A DNA stretch of 64,000 bases from Gnetum montanum (GCA_015680685.1 MNCI01000668.1:1234715-1298714), one strand, 5' to 3'. Shown: positions 25,130 to 40,211, counted from the stretch's first letter. Made by a program: numbers and translations. The notes: generated by a model from the sequence alone, not told the origin.

Positions 25130-28100
25130 TCTTAGAATGATACTATAAATTGTCTTTATAAAATTTTTTCTATCTACCCCTTCCTCCTTTTTACTTTTTC
25201 TCTAGGCTTTATATACTAGCCACTAGTAGTTACAATAGCTATACAAGTTAAGGCTCATCATGCCTCACATTTTCTTCATACAACTACAAGCCATTAGACA
25301 GTTGTTTAGTTTCTTGGTAAATTTTCATTATTCTCTAAATCTAGATCCCTTCTACTGATAACTACTATGATAACCTCCCATGATAAAGAATAACTTTAAT
25401 AACTTGATTCATCACATCTTGCTCAACACTCAAGTTTTTTAATATTATTAGCTACTAACCCACCTAAACTTGATTATGTTCTTGAATTAGTTATTTCAAT
25501 TAGTAGAACTTCTATACTAGAATAAGCCTATTCTAATTCAAGATTTTTTCAATATTTTCATTCATAATTCCTATAGTTTCCATTATCATCATGTCTAAGA
25601 AATCCTATTTATATAGTGACAGTAATTCTCTTTTGATTCTAGATAAGTCATATAGCTCTTGAGTTCTTCTCTTCATTTGTATAAAAATGGTTTTTCTTCC
25701 TTTGATTTCTACAATTTTTTCTTTAGTCTCTTGTATCCATTCCTTATTATAGTTCACTTCAGTAATTATATTCTTGAAGTTTCGTAGAGCTAGGTAGAAG
25801 CTTAAAGCTTTGCCTTTCTTACCCTATTCTAGTTCAGCACTCATGATAATCAATCTTTTTTCTAGTTGTGCCGTAACTTATTCTTTATTTTCTAGTAATG
25901 ATTCTTTGATGATAATCATTTTTAAGTTGTTCACTCTCTTCCATGGAGATCTTTAATTCTTCCTAAATCTTCTAATCCCTTGTTCATTTTGTATGAAGTA
26001 TTCTTTAAGGGTGGTTATTTGACTATTGGAAATTTGTCAAATATCTTTAATCAGAGTAGCAATAGTCTCCAACATGTCTTGATAAGACATTATAAACTTC
26101 TACTTTTTAATTTTTGGACCATCCTCATTATATTAAAAAATGATGATGCCTTCTATTTCCAGTTCTATAGGAAGATTTTGGCTTACTATGATCTATCCTT
26201 CTTTTTCCTTAACTTTGAAAGATCAAGCTACTCCTTTCATCATGTAGCCAAATGAAAAATTTAGATTCATAAGGGTTGATGATGATCTTTCTCCTTCTTT
26301 TTGTCGTTTTTGTTATAACTCTAACTTTTTTTTCTTCAAAAGTTGTTGTTATTGTAGCTCCTTTTAAACTTTTTCACATTCATTTTTCATTTTTCTCATC
26401 GCCTTTACTCTTGCATACTCAACTTTGATGAGAGGAAATCTTTCATCAAGCATTACTTCTTCTAGATCCAATGGCTTCTAAGAAAAATAATTCTTCTCTA
26501 ATTGAGCCACATATTCTTTAGAGAAGTCTCTATCTAAATGATGCTCTCTATCTTCCATCCACCTACATACCTCAACAATTGGTGCCTCACAAGTTATAGA
26601 TAGAAGCTTCATTAATAAATTTCCTTTTAGCTATTCTTTGTAGTCTTCAAATAGACAATGTCTATTTTATCTACCTAATGGACCTTTCTTGTTTTAGTAA
26701 TTGAGTATATCCTTTTTAGAGCTAAAGAAAAGCTACATTACTCTTAATATCTTTTAGTCATTCCCTTTAAGTGTCTTACATTTTTGAACTCCCAAAATTC
26801 AAACTTCCATGTGCTTATAATCATACCTCAAAAGGCTTTTCCACAATTGCCTTTCAACTTCTAAAGCTTTCAAGGGGCTACAAATCTAAATAATTTAAAA
26901 TATTTTTCTTTAAAATATTTTATAAGTATTTGAATGTAACAGGCATATATGAAGACAACTCCATGACATCTTCCTTTTATCTCATTAATAAGTTAATGAT
27001 TAACTCTTTGTTGGAAAGCTTCTAAAATTAATTAAGCAAATTGGGGAATACATAATTCATCAATAATTTTAAAGGTTTGGTCTCAAAATATTTTCTTTGA
27101 TAAATAATTAGAAAGAAATCATAGCAAGGATCTTCTAGATTAACCCTTCTCTATGCATGGCTAACAAGAATTGGGTTATCCTTTTATGCTTTGGGAACTC
27201 ACTTGATAGATAATCTAATAGAAATAAATTAAGACTTAATTGAGCCCCTTGTTATTAAATTTTAGCTAATTTGTTGTGTAAAACATCATTCATATTTTGT
27301 ATGGAAAAGAAATGCTTCTTACTTTCTAGGGCTACCCAAGCCTAAACATGATAATTGAAAAATAAATTTATTTCAGAATTTGAACAAAAATTTAAGGCTA
27401 AAATAAATACTATGAGGGAACCTAAGCTCTAAAGCCTTTAGAATGACATTTTTTTATTCCCAAGATTTTTCTAGATTGGTGGATGGGATCTTGATGGTTT
27501 TTTATTTCAAAATAGTTTCAAAATTTTCCACTTAGCACTTTGTCATTGAATTATCAAACTTCTATTTCTATAATGTTTGGTTCTATGATACCATAAATTT
27601 TGTATGGATTTATATCATTTATGTCGATGTATACTATATTACCTCTAAAATGAAACTTATCCTTGTCATATATTGTTGTAGCTATCAAAGAATTTTAAAG
27701 CATCTCTTATAATATTCACCCTTGGCTTGAAACTGAGGTTGTGAAGGCCTGTATACTCATATATTCCTCACTAATCCTTCATTTTTGTACAAAATTAAGA
27801 CTTGATTTTTCTACCAAGTCATGGACTTTGTCAAAGCTAAATAAGTCCATTTCTTCTACTTCTAATTCCAAGTGCATGACATCAATCCATTATCAAGGCT
27901 AGTAGATGTTTAGTTTAAATGACTATAGAAAATCTAGAAAGGTGAAAATATCAATATCCAAGAACTTCTAAGGTGCTTCTTCCCTTTCTTTACGAGAAAT
28001 TTTGGCTAAGATTAAAAATATTTCAAGGAGACTTTAATGAGGCTTCTCTATGCTTCAATTATAGGTCTACTTCAGTTCTTAACTCTAACTGTTAATGGAT
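25130..28100 (-). pseudogene. Large unknown retroelement accessory ORF (copy 1)
   Basis: Collinear homology with 57500-60750, for example WMEDR..HL.RDF, EVMLDERFPL and EYARVKAMRK. Confidence 0.6.
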
Positions 28101-28349
28101 GTGTATTTTGAAATCTACTTGAACTTTTTTTCTTAATACTTAGAGCTTCATCCTTGAATTTACTCACTTTTGGTCACGCTATTTGAATCTTTTTTAACAT
28201 GTCACTAGCTTTGCTAACTTCATTAAAATCTTACAAGTTTAGGATCCTATTAACTAATTCCAATGTCTCAACCTATTCCTGTCAATTTAGCTTTTATTAT
28301 CATATATGTAGGTTTGTATGTATGATAAGGATAATATGATATGTAAACA

Positions 28350-30000
28350 AAGCCTAATTTATAGAATCATTTTCGATTATATGCACAAGCTCCTTTCAAT
28401 TCTACCTCTACTGATTTATCAAAGATTTAACGTCATAAAATTAGTTTCTAGAACAATTTTGGGTTTTACAAGTCTCTTTTTTCTAGTTTGAGCTGACACC
28501 CAGAATAGCTTGTAGATATCCTTTATAAGTCCCTAAGTTCTCACATTAGCTTGTAGAACCATTTTTTAGCTTGCTTGTAAAGCCAAATTTTGGTTCTATG
28601 AATCATTCTATAGAAGAATTGATGTGGTAGAGTGATTATAGGGATTTTTCTTTAAACTGAATTTTAATTCTATGAATTGTGTTACATTATTTAGCTTTTA
28701 ATTCATAATATACTAACCTTGATTAAATTATAATGTACATGTGTATAAATTAAATTTGTAACCTTTTATGGGTACAAGATGAGCTCAGTTTATCTTGATG
28801 TGGCTCATAGAACCAGTTTGGCTTTTCTTTCTATAACCAAATTCTAGTTCCATGAACATGCACTATATATATAAGCTGATGTGGCAAGGATTCTCTAGAA
28901 CTCATCTTTAGAACTAATCCTTTTGACTCAATGAACTTAATAATTTTTCAAAGCTCACATGGTTTTTAGAACCAAATTAAAACTTACTTGTAGAGCCAAG
29001 TTTTAGTTCTATAAACTCATTTTATAAAGGGGATGACATTGTAGAACCATTTATGTGATTGCTAATAGAACTAAATTTTGGTTCTACGAGTTATACTTTT
29101 CTGTTTGTTTTTTCTTTAGCTGATAACATGGCTCATAGAATCATTTTAGCCCCTCTTTGTAAAGTTATTGTTTAGTTCTATTAACTCACTTTATAAAATT
29201 AGCTGACATGGAGAAATGGAAGTAAGATCTCAATGTTTCTTAAGACCTTTTGATGTGTCTCATGGAAATGGTTTAGCCATTTATTTCTAGTATCATTTCA
29301 TAGAACCATATTTTATATTTTACAAACCTGAGCTACATAAAAGCTTACATGGCAAGATTTCTCTAAGGCTTGTTTTCAAAATCAATTTTAGCTCTATGAA
29401 TTTGATGACTTTTCAAAAGTTGATGTGGTAGAACTAACTTGAAAACTTTTTGTAAAGCTAGATTTTGGTTCTAAAAATCATGTGACTTTTACTTTTCTCT
29501 CTATGAAACATGGTGTCATTTCAAAGGATAACTCTGCACGAGTAAAGATGAAATTACTTGTAGGGATAAATTTTAGTTTTACACACCAGCTCATTTTTAC
29601 GATTCATGGTTATATGATGACATGACTTGTTAAACCATTTTATTCTTTCATTGTAGAACTGAATTTTAGTTCTATGAACCCATTCTACAAAATAGCTAAT
29701 GTGAAGAAGTGAAAACAAATGCTTAGTATCTATCAAGAATTTTTTATGTGCCTTATGTTGATTCCTTAAAATAGGCTTCACTTCTTTAGCTTACATGCTA
29801 TATGAGATTTATTCACAAACCTAATCTCCAACTTTTATAAATCCTTATACTGTAACCATGTGAAGCTAATCTTTGATCTGTGGTTGATAGAGTTATCACA
29901 AGTACCCTCCTAGAATTAGGCAATAGAGCCATTTCATAGAACAAAGTTTTGGTTCTATGAGCCTTTCCTATAAACTAATGTGGGAATTGCATTTAATAAG
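28350..30000. repeat. Degenerate tandem array with GTAGAACC-N-GGTTCTAT palindromes and TGAYRTGG motifs (copy 1)
   Basis: Recurrent tagaacca...ttttggttctat(g/a)aa and gctgatgtgg/gctgacatgg. Confidence 0.75.
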
Positions 30001-31099
30001 ATTTTCAATCATATAATCACCCTTTTACTTCATTATCAATAAAGCTAATCATGATTTGTAGTATTATTTTTGATGTGAATAATTACATCAACTTCTAATT
30101 AAGCCTTTTTCTTAAAATGATGAGTTTCCTTCTATGTTTAACTATTTGTGCTAATGCTAACTTTTCTTTAAGTTAAAACAAATTTTTTTCAACTCTACAA
30201 ATCCATTTCCAACAATTCTAAACTTTACTAATAAATGAAAAGAGCATTCTTGTGTGCTCAGCTATGCTCATATAAGCTCTCTCTTTGGTAGCATATTTAA
30301 CTATCCTACATAATGTTAAATATAGTTCAAAATCCTAGTTCTTCAAATTGACTTAAACTCAATGAGCATAAATGATCAATAGATTAGAACCTTCTAGGAT
30401 GATTGATCAGCTTTAAAATTTTCATGCTTAAAAGGGAAACTTAATTGAGATGAATTTCATCTTCTCAACATTTCTACAAAAACTTTCCTCTAAAAATTTA
30501 CTTTCGCTTAGGGTATACCTTTTTACATTTTCATTTTCAATAATATAGCTTTAATTCATTAATGAACATAAATCATTAAAATTCTTCAAGAATTCTAATG
30601 AGAATATTTCTTACCTAATATGATGTGATAAATCTTATCTTATCCATACTAAGTAAATATATCGATCTTTAATTTCATATTCATGAAAGATCACATAAAG
30701 AAATAAGCCAAAAACTCAAGTCTTTATTATTTCATAATAATGGCTAATTATTGCAACAACAACTTTGAAGTTTCAGCCCACAACTATAACCTTTATTACT
30801 ATAAGTAACACATAGAATTTTTTTCCTCTCCATAGTACCATGTTTAGTTTTTATCTTTTTTTTTAGATTGGTAATGGTTGTTGTCTTTTTCATAGCATTA
30901 AAAGGCATAGATTTTATAAGGAAGAAAGTTCCAACTTATTTTCCTAGTATTGATTCTGATGGGCTAGCAAGTCTACTAGTTTTATTCATACATGTGGAAG
31001 CCATCCTAATGAAAGAATATTTTCAAGGCTTAGTCTTAGAGCTACCAATATTATTACTCACATATGTTCACAATGTGAGTGATATTGTTCTATTGAGAT

Positions 31100-32900
31100 T
31101 GTGATGCCAATTCTTCTTATATTATTGGTAGTGGCACATGTTGAAGAGGAGTATGAGAGTATTAAGGATATAATATATGGTGAAAGAAATAGGATGGTAA
31201 TTTCATAGATGATGTTATGGGTTGATGGTATTTAGGACGGAACTATTAGTGAGTTGATGTATGGGTAGAAGAATCATTGGGAGAAATGGATTGTTGAATA
31301 TAGTATCCATATGGATTCAGTTAGCAATAGAGTAATTGCTAGTTTGGTGATGGAATCTTTCATGACTAGGGCTCTTACCACTATTATTAATAGTAGCCTT
31401 GATGTTGAGAATAATTCCCACTTTGAAAGCACTATTGGCTATAGGACTATCTATAATTACTTTGTGGATACGGTAATCTTCTAGACATTTTTTTTTCTAT
31501 AAAATTGGAACCCTTTGGATATTCATATTTCCATATGTAATCTCCATCATCCTTCTCTAAGTCTAAGTCTACAACCACTTCCATTACTATAGATTTCTCT
31601 TTTTATTGAAAAGTGTCTTTGACTATTTTGATGTTCTTTTTTCTCTTCTTATGTTGATCTATTGATTCTTCTTTCATTATTCTTTTCTCCATGATTTCAA
31701 GTTACTTTAACTTTTTCATTAACCAATTTTCATTTCTTATCTACCCTTGCTCTAATCTTAGTAATACACTTTTATATTGACAAGGTTTTATATGAAATCA
31801 TCTTATCAAGAGCTAACTCTTCTTCCTAATCCAAATATGAACCTCCTTCTTGCAAAGGGTTGAATCCCAATTTCATTCCTCTATGCTCTTCTTTTTATAT
31901 ATCTTTTCTTCTTTTATCACATGTTCAATTAGCTGTTATATCCAATGAGCTCTCAACTATAATAATCCTCCTTAGAAATAGATCCTAAGCATCTCTCTCA
32001 TTTTATTTCAAAGCCGATCTATGATGTAACAAAGTTGTTCTTTAACTTGGGAATCTATGTAATAGACAATAATCTCTATCAAGGGCTACATTAAGGGATT
32101 CATGCTTCTTTTGCTTCCATCCTTGGATTTTCTTTCTTAGATTAGATACTCTAGAGTAGGTTTGGTACCTCTCATTGAAGAACTCAAGCATTATGAACCA
32201 CCAATGGATTAAATCTAGTTTCAACAATCTATACTAACTTTCATCTTCTTCTATTAGTATTTTTGAGAAGAGCTTAAACATCTTCACTTAGTTTCAATAT
32301 TGTGCAAGATGTAGGTATCATGGAAGACTTATAAATAATATTTTAAATCAGAATTATAGTTTCCCTCAAGTTTAAAAATGTTATTCATATCAATTTATTT
32401 GATGTGGCTTTCCCTTTAATAGCTATGTGATATTCTTACTACCTTTCTAATCTATATCATACTTCTAGTAATAAAAAAAGGTTCATCATCATTGAACATG
32501 TTGTGTTTATCATATCTATCTCTATTTTCTTGATCATGATGATCCCCTTTGTGTTCTCTTTGGCACCTTGTATCTTGGCTTTGATCCCTAGTTCTATCTC
32601 CATCTCGACCTCTTAGTAGAGCTTTATCTTCATACCTACATTCATTTTCATCAAAACTAGACAATGAAGATGAAGAGAAAGATGATGAACTAGGAGAATT
32701 TTCATGGCTCCTATATACCCTTCTATGGTCTCTTAATTCAACTCTTATAGGTTTGCAAATATCCTAGGCCTTTAGGCCTTGCTTATTCTAAGACTTGCTC
32801 CATTCCATCTAGGACTATGTGTCATAACTAAATGTAGTCTTTGATAGTAAGATATGAATGATCATATGAGATCCTTACTTGCAATGGTTCACTTCAATTC
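31100..32900 (-). pseudogene. gag: Athila-like element C gag
   Basis: WFIMLEFFNERYQTYSRVSNLRKKIQGWKQ; SSFDENE segment shared with elements B and D. Confidence 0.75.
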
Positions 32901-33464
32901 TCTTCAATGAATATTCTTTCATTGTTCCTACTAATGTTCTCATTATGTGATGAACTATTAGTCCTATGTAAAGAAGATATGTTTTCAATTAATAATGTGT
33001 ATGTGTAACTTAAATTATTAACTTTTTTGAAAGATGAATAATTAATGATTTTACAGTAATATGTTTTTTGAATATGGGTATCTATTTTGATCTTTTCATA
33101 CATATCCTAAACTTATGTACCTACTACTAGGATTACTAAGAATTATGTTGCTGGGCAAACCAAGTGATAGCACTACTAGGATTACCAAGTGTTTATGTTC
33201 AAAACTATTTTCAGTCATTTCACCAAAGATTAATGTGCATAAAAATGTAAATATTAACTAAGTACATAGAAATTAAATTACATTGAAAGTAAGTCTCTTC
33301 TAAGTCAAAGTATTTCAATGAATATGAATCAATCTCGATATTATTATCAGTCATAGATTATGTCTAGGTATAATTCCACTTGAATAAGATGTCATACAAT
33401 TAACTCAGAGCCACACTATAGGCACTCACTAAGTATTTGCTAAGGTTACAAAGAAAACTAAAAG

Positions 33465-36400
33465 TGTGAGAGAGGTAGTAGGGTTGATGGTGGCCTACTA
33501 CCTCCCCCACTAGTAAGGGGCCATGGAGGCATAAGCAGTCCTCCACTCCTTATGTCTTTATAACCATACTGGCATTACAATTTTATGCATTAGTAAGAGG
33601 AGGCTATAGCCTTCCTCATTACCTCACTTGGTAGAACCTTGTCTAGGAAGGTTGCTTAGTTCAACTCTACATTGGGGTGTAAACTCAATGTCTCATGGGA
33701 TGTGCTATGGGATGTTACATGTGCTTGTTAGAGCATGACACCAACTACCAACATGTAGTGATGAATCTAGAGGGTTGAACTAGTAATCCCCATGGTATCC
33801 ATTTGAGTGGAGCAAGGGAGTGCTATCTAGCTTTTCTAGTATAACGCATTTTTCATATTTGCAGCACCACCCAAGGCACATGCTAACACTAACATGCTAT
33901 TTGTTGGCATGTGTTTCAAGACTATTAATTGCTAAGGTGTATTCCTCTTGAGTTCCATCCCAATTCTGAATCTACTTTAAGGGACTCATGAACATTGTCA
34001 TAGATGGTATCAGAGCCTCACATTTCTTTGTGTTAGTGAAAACTTGTTTAATAAAGGGGAGAGAAGGTTTGTGGTTTGTGAGGTTTTCATTTTCAACTTC
34101 TACTAGCCACCCTTCCTTTGTGGAAGGCCTTGTGATAAGGTTCTCTTATTTACTAAGATGGAGCTTAGTAGACCTAGTGGAATGGCTAAGGATCAGGCCA
34201 ACCTGGAGGTTGAGGTTAAGGTAGAACTTGGTCAAGATGAGACTAAGTTTCAAATCCTATGGGACAAGGTTAAGTTATTGATGAGGCCTTGGCCTGTCCT
34301 AGGCCAAATAATGCAAATGCAATCCATTATATTCTTAACAAAATTGAATTACCATAAGACAAGATGGATCTTCACTCTAAGAACCAGGTGAAAGTGGCAA
34401 AGGCTAAGGTCTTGATCTTGGAAGGCTGTCTAGATCATATGTTGAACCTCTATAAGAAGCTATTTAAGTTCTTTTAGGAGGCACAAAAAAAAAGCATCTC
34501 TGGTTGAGCACCTAATTAGTTAGGTAAAGGTTATGAAGGATGTCCTAGTAGGGGTGAATTAGGAGCTATCTAACCTAAAAATTGAAAATGCTATCATGAA
34601 GTCCTCCCTAACATGACACCTAGTAGAAGAGCCAGTAGCGGTGGTTCATATCAAAGCAAGAGAACTAGTTCCTATGATGGGAAGAGTAGTGATGCCAAAA
34701 TTGATGTCTTTCTCCACAATGTGGAGATATATATGTCTACTGAGGGCTTTCTTGTAGCCCAAAAGGTCTCCATTGCATCTCAGTACCTCACAGGAAGTGC
34801 TAAGCTATGGTGGCTCAGCCTTCTTAATGCCCAAAAAAAGAGTACTGCCATTGAAATATAGACACATGGGATAGATTCAAGGTAGTGTTGATTAAATAGT
34901 TCCACCTAGGGGAACTCCAAGTGGATAGCTAGAAACAAGCTTGAGTCCGTGAAATATTGGGGCAAGCTTGAAGATTACATCAATACTTTTCAAGAGCTTA
35001 TGTTATTGATTCATGATCTAGGAGATCAGGATCACTTCTTCAAATTTGTAAATGGGTTGCAACCTTGGACATAAATTGAATTGCATCAATAAGACATTGA
35101 CACTCTAACTAAGGCTATTGCTACTACTAGTACCTTCTTTGACTTTAGGTTGACAAAGCTAGATAAGGATAAACCCAGGAAGGTAAAGCACATCATGCCC
35201 TTCCACTCTCAAAAAATAGAATGCAAATTTCATTAAAGGTGGAAATACTTTTAAATCAATTCAACAGGGAAATCAAGAAACCAAGGCTCCCAAAAAAATG
35301 TGAAGATATAGGAAGTAAGTGGCAACCTCGGGCTAAAAAAAACAATTCTAAGGAGAACCCTTTAAGGGACCAATTCAATGCTTCTTGTGCCATGGTAATT
35401 ACCTAGCAAGAAATTACCCTTTAAGCTCAAAAATGGATGAGAATAGGCAAGGATAGGCTCCATGGAAGTAATTGATATCTCTTGAGTATCACCTAGACCC
35501 ATGCCTTCAAATTATAGATGGAACCACTTTAGTGGAAGAGCAAAGATTAGCTATTATGATGGAGTTGTTTGATATGGTTATGCAAAGATTAGGAATTGAA
35601 AGCTTTAAAAATGCTAATCTTGATAATTTACATCAACTTGAATTACCTCCAATCACTATTAACTTGAGATAGACAATTTTCTTGATTGATAATGGCACTA
35701 GCCACAATTATATGATCCCATCCATGATAACGAACTTGCAACTACAAATGGAACCTATTAAAGCTTCTTGCAAACTTGAAAAGTTTAGACTCTTTTGATA
35801 CATTGGTGTGTGCTGTAGTGTTTCATTTCAATTGGGCTTGTGGAAGGAAACTCTTGATTTCTCAATTCTAGATATGGAGTCCTTTAATGTTATATTAGGG
35901 CAACAATTCTTATGCCCAAAGTTTTCATTGCTTCATATTTAGATCTAATTTTCATTTCACATGAAAGCTCACCTTGCATAGTTCAAACTCATGGAGCACA
36001 GATCAGGATAGATGTTGGTTCTAGTCCCTAGATAATGTCACCCATGGTGATAAAACATTTGGCTAGGGATCCCAAAAAAACATTTCTGCAAGCTATGAAA
36101 ACTAGAGATCCTTCCAAGGGTTGTCGATCTTAATCAAGCATTGACCCATGCATAGCATAGGTGTTAAACCATTTTCAAGATGTGATGCCATAAGAGTTAC
36201 TCAAAAGTCTATCACCTCAAAGGGTAGTAGACCATAAAATAGAATTGTTGCCAAGTACTGATGTGCCTATTCAAAGATCATATCAGTTAACAGTGCTAAA
36301 ATTGGAAAAGTGAAGCAAACGACTTGAGATTCTAATGTTGAAAGGATACATTCATTCCTTGAAAGCTTCTTATGATGCACTAGTGTTTTTTGTTACCAAG

Positions 36401-39400
36401 GAGGGTGGAACATTACGACTCTGTTGTGACTACAAGCTGTTAAATAAGCACACCATTAAGAATAAGTCTCTAGTGTCCCGCATCTCTAACTCGTTCAATC
36501 AGTTGGCAAGGACAATTTATTTTACCTAGCTAGAGCTTTGCTAAGAGTATTACCAAGTTCGCATTGTAGAGGATGATGAGGAGAAAACTACGTGCATAAC
36601 CAAATACAGGTCATACAAATGAACTATGATGTCTTTTTGGCTATGTAATGTATCATCTACTTTCTATACCCTAATGAATGAGATATTCTAATAATTTCTT
36701 AACAATTTTATGGTTGTCTATCTCATTGATATCTTAATATATAGCTAGACCATGGAGGAGCATGTTTTCCACCTATAGCTAGTCCTTGAGAAACTACGGG
36801 CAAATCAGTTGTACATTAAGAAATCGAAGTGTGAATTCTCCTATACAAAGCTAAAATTTCTAGGACACCTCATGGGGCATGAACAAGTTAAGCAAAATCC
36901 CAAAAAGGTAGAGGTTGTATGCCAATGGCCCACTTCTACTAATGTTCATGAGGTTTGATAATTTATGGGGTTATCCAACTTCTATTGCAAATTTGTTAGA
37001 AATTTCTCAAGTATTGCTACTCCCCTCATAAATATCCAAAAGAAATAAGTCCCATTGTAATGGAATTCAAATTGTCAACAAGCCTTTGACAAAATCAAAG
37101 AGGCTTTAACCTCTCATATTATATTGGCTTTGCCAAATCTCTCAAAATATTTTGAGGTTCATACTGATGCTAGTGAGGATGCAATCAGCATGTTGCTATA
37201 GGAGGATCATCTTGTCATGTATGAGTCTCAAAAGTTGAACAAATTGGAGCAAAGATGACCAATCCATGAGAAATAAATGTTTTTCATTTTTCATTGCTTC
37301 AAATTATGGAAGCATTACTTGCTAGAAATTCATATCCATGTAAAGACCAATAATTTGTCCATCGATTATTTAGTAAAGAAAACTAAGCGAAGGCCCAAAT
37401 AGGCATGATGGTTAGCTATGCTTTCTAAGTTTGATCTATAGCTAACCTACCACCCTAAAAAGTAGAACATGGTGGAAGATGCATTGAGTTTCTATTCTCA
37501 ACCTACCTCTCAGCTCTTCTCTATTACTAGACCACAAACCTTACATGTCTAGTGTGATAAAGTGTTGCTAGCCTGAAACCAAGATGGTTTGAAAAGGGAC
37601 CCTCAAGTCATTGATCTTATGAAGTTGATAGAAACTAGGTGAGCACTACATTTCAAAATTAGGGATGAACTACTTTCATTCTAGAACAACTAGATTTGTG
37701 TCCTAGATTGGGATGGACTACATAAGAAGATTATCTGAGAGTGTCATAACACACAATGAGCTGGGCACCCTAGGTAGCAAAGAACTCTCACACTAATTGA
37801 GAGAGCCTACTTCTAGTTGAAGATGTATTAGGATGTGACTGCCTATGTTCAAAAAGTATCTGGTGTGTCAACAAGCTAAAGGTTCTATGAAGCATCCTAG
37901 TGGAATTCTACTCCCTTTGAAAATCTAATCAATTCCATGGACTACAGTGACCATGAATTTCATCACAGGCCTACTGAATGTTTAAGGCCTAAGCAACATC
38001 ATTGTGGTGGTGGAAAAATTTTTCAAGTTTTCCATATTTATTCCCTATCCATCTCAATGTTTAGCTAGGAACACTACAAAATATTACTTTGATAGGGTGA
38101 TCTAATATTTTGGGTTGCCTATAAGCATAGTATCAGATCATGATCCCTGATTTACAAGTGCCTTCTAGTAGGCCTTATTTAGCATGATGCATACTACCCT
38201 CAAGTTATTGATAAGTTTTCATCCACAAACAAATGGACAAATAGAATACATGAATTTTGTACTTAAGTAGTACCTTTGACATTATGTCCATAGTGATCAA
38301 AGGAACTAGCATGTTCTGTTAGGGATTGCCTAGCTAAGTTACAACATCCAGAAGTCATCAACTACTAGATTTTCTCCTACAAAACTAGTAATGGGAAGAT
38401 AGCTCATTACTCCCCACATGGTCTCTTTCTCTTTGTAGGGATAGCATCCCTTGATGAATGAGTTCTTAAAGGTGTGGTCCAGAAATGTTGAAACTACAAG
38501 GGATTTTCTAGAGAGGGTAGTGTAACATATGAAAAAGTACATTGACCAAAAACACTAGCACCATGCATTGAAGATGGGAGATTGGTTTTTCTTAAAACTA
38601 GACCCTCATCAATTTAAGCTGAAATAGAGCACGACATCTAAATTGATGAGGCAGTATGATGATCCCTTCTAGATGAATGATAAAATTAACCTTGTGACAT
38701 ATAAGCTTCAACTACCTATTAATATGGACAGAGTCCATCTAATGTTTCATGTGAGCATGCTAAAGCCACTACCTAATGATTTCCCTTATCTTGAGAGAAC
38801 TCTCTCATTCTAAGAATGACCTTGTAGATAATCTATACAAGGAAAGAGACTAGACTACATTGAAAACTTCTGGATCACTAGCCATGGTCATGATATGAAA
38901 GTGGAATTTCTTGTCCACTAGAAATACCATTTAGACTCATATGATAATTGGAAACCACTGGAGCATTTAAGGTCCCAAGAAAACTTAATCGAAGACTTCT
39001 ATCAAAATCAAGTAATCAACCTCCCACATTAGCTACTCTGATGATGGATAGAGAATCCTCATATGAAAAAAATAAAAATAAAAACTTCTAGAAAGATGAG
39101 AACTAGATAGACTAAAAGAGGCATTTCATGTGGTGACTCATAGGATCCAAGGACAAGTTTCTATGAGAGCCTACCTTAAGTAATTAGATTCCGAGAGTTT
39201 TTTTAAGAACTCTATAGGCAATGAGGCTTAAGTTTCACATAAAAAAGGCAACTATGTTGATCTTGAAACCCTTAGACCTTTGGGTACAGGTGAGTTGGGG
39301 GACACCTTGGACTCATACACCCTTAGGTCAGTGCATTCTATTTTCTTTCTACTGCAAGCCACTAGGAGTCTTTGTATAGTCCTACATCTCAGGTAGGATG

Positions 39401-40211
39401 TGGAAGGGTGGATATACCAAGTCTTGAATGGTACCATTCTTGACTTTCATGTCAAATGCTATGATGAGTTTAGATCTTAGGAAGATAGTCAAGTTCAAAA
39501 ATAAGCTTTAAGGTCTTGGACCCTAGCAGTTGGACCTTCTAGAACCTAAGGTTCTTCTAGACTAGACTCTAAATAGCATGAGCTCACTTCCTTAGAATTG
39601 ATGAAATCATCCCTCAGTTATGGTGTAGCTTCCTCATGGGTTACCCAAGGTATTCTCCAAGGTCATTACTCATTTTAAGTGGGGGAGGATTGTGAGAGAG
39701 GTAGCAGGGTTGATGATGGCCTGCTAGCTCTCCCACAGTTTGGGGGTCGTGGGGATGTAAGGAGTCCTCTGCTCCTTATGTCTTCAAAACCATACTGGCA
39801 TGGTAGTTTCATACATTAGTAAAATGAGGCTATGGCTCTCTTCATTAGCCCACTCAATAGGACCTTTCCTAGGAGTGTTTCATAGTTCAACTCTAAGTTG
39901 GGGTGTAAACTAGGTGTGTCATGGCATGTGCTATGGGATGTTGCATGTGCTTGTTAGAGCACAACACCAACTACCAGCATGCAATGATGAATCTTGGGGC
40001 AAGGGAGTCCCCATGGTGTCCATGTGAGTGGAGCAAGGGAGTGCTATCTAGCTTTTCTATGTCATATTCAAAACACCACTCAAGGCACATGCTAACACTA
40101 ACATGTTGTCTGTTGGCATGTGTTTTAGGACTATTTATTGTTGAGGCATATTCCTCTTGAGTTCCATCCTAATTTTGAGTCTGCATTGATGGACTCTTGG
40201 GGTGCTGGACA
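33465..40211 (+). mobile_element. Near full-length chromovirus (Ty3/gypsy, probably Galadriel clade), decayed
   Basis: LTRs at 33465-34002 and 39691-40211 (tgtgagagagg start), PBS tggtatcagagc at 34005-34016, PPT aagtgggggagga at 39677-39689, domain order gag-PR-RT-RH-INT-chromodomain. TSD not resolved. Confidence 0.9.
34158..39000 (+). pseudogene. gag-pol polyprotein with chromodomain
   Basis: YDGKS..IDVFL, YLTGSAKLWW, CFLCHGNYLARNYP knuckle, LIDNGTSHNY (protease), VDHKIEL, LRLCCDYKLLNK, VVYLIDILIYS, HTDAS, AGHP, SIVSDHDP, FHPQTNGQ, EFLVH*K..DSYDNW (chromodomain, ~38900). Confidence 0.9.

Noticed and set aside
28350-30000. CRISPR-like array (palindromic repeats with variable intervening sequence)
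   Set aside because: The repeats are degenerate, the spacers are related to each other, no cas genes are present, and the context is eukaryotic TE DNA.
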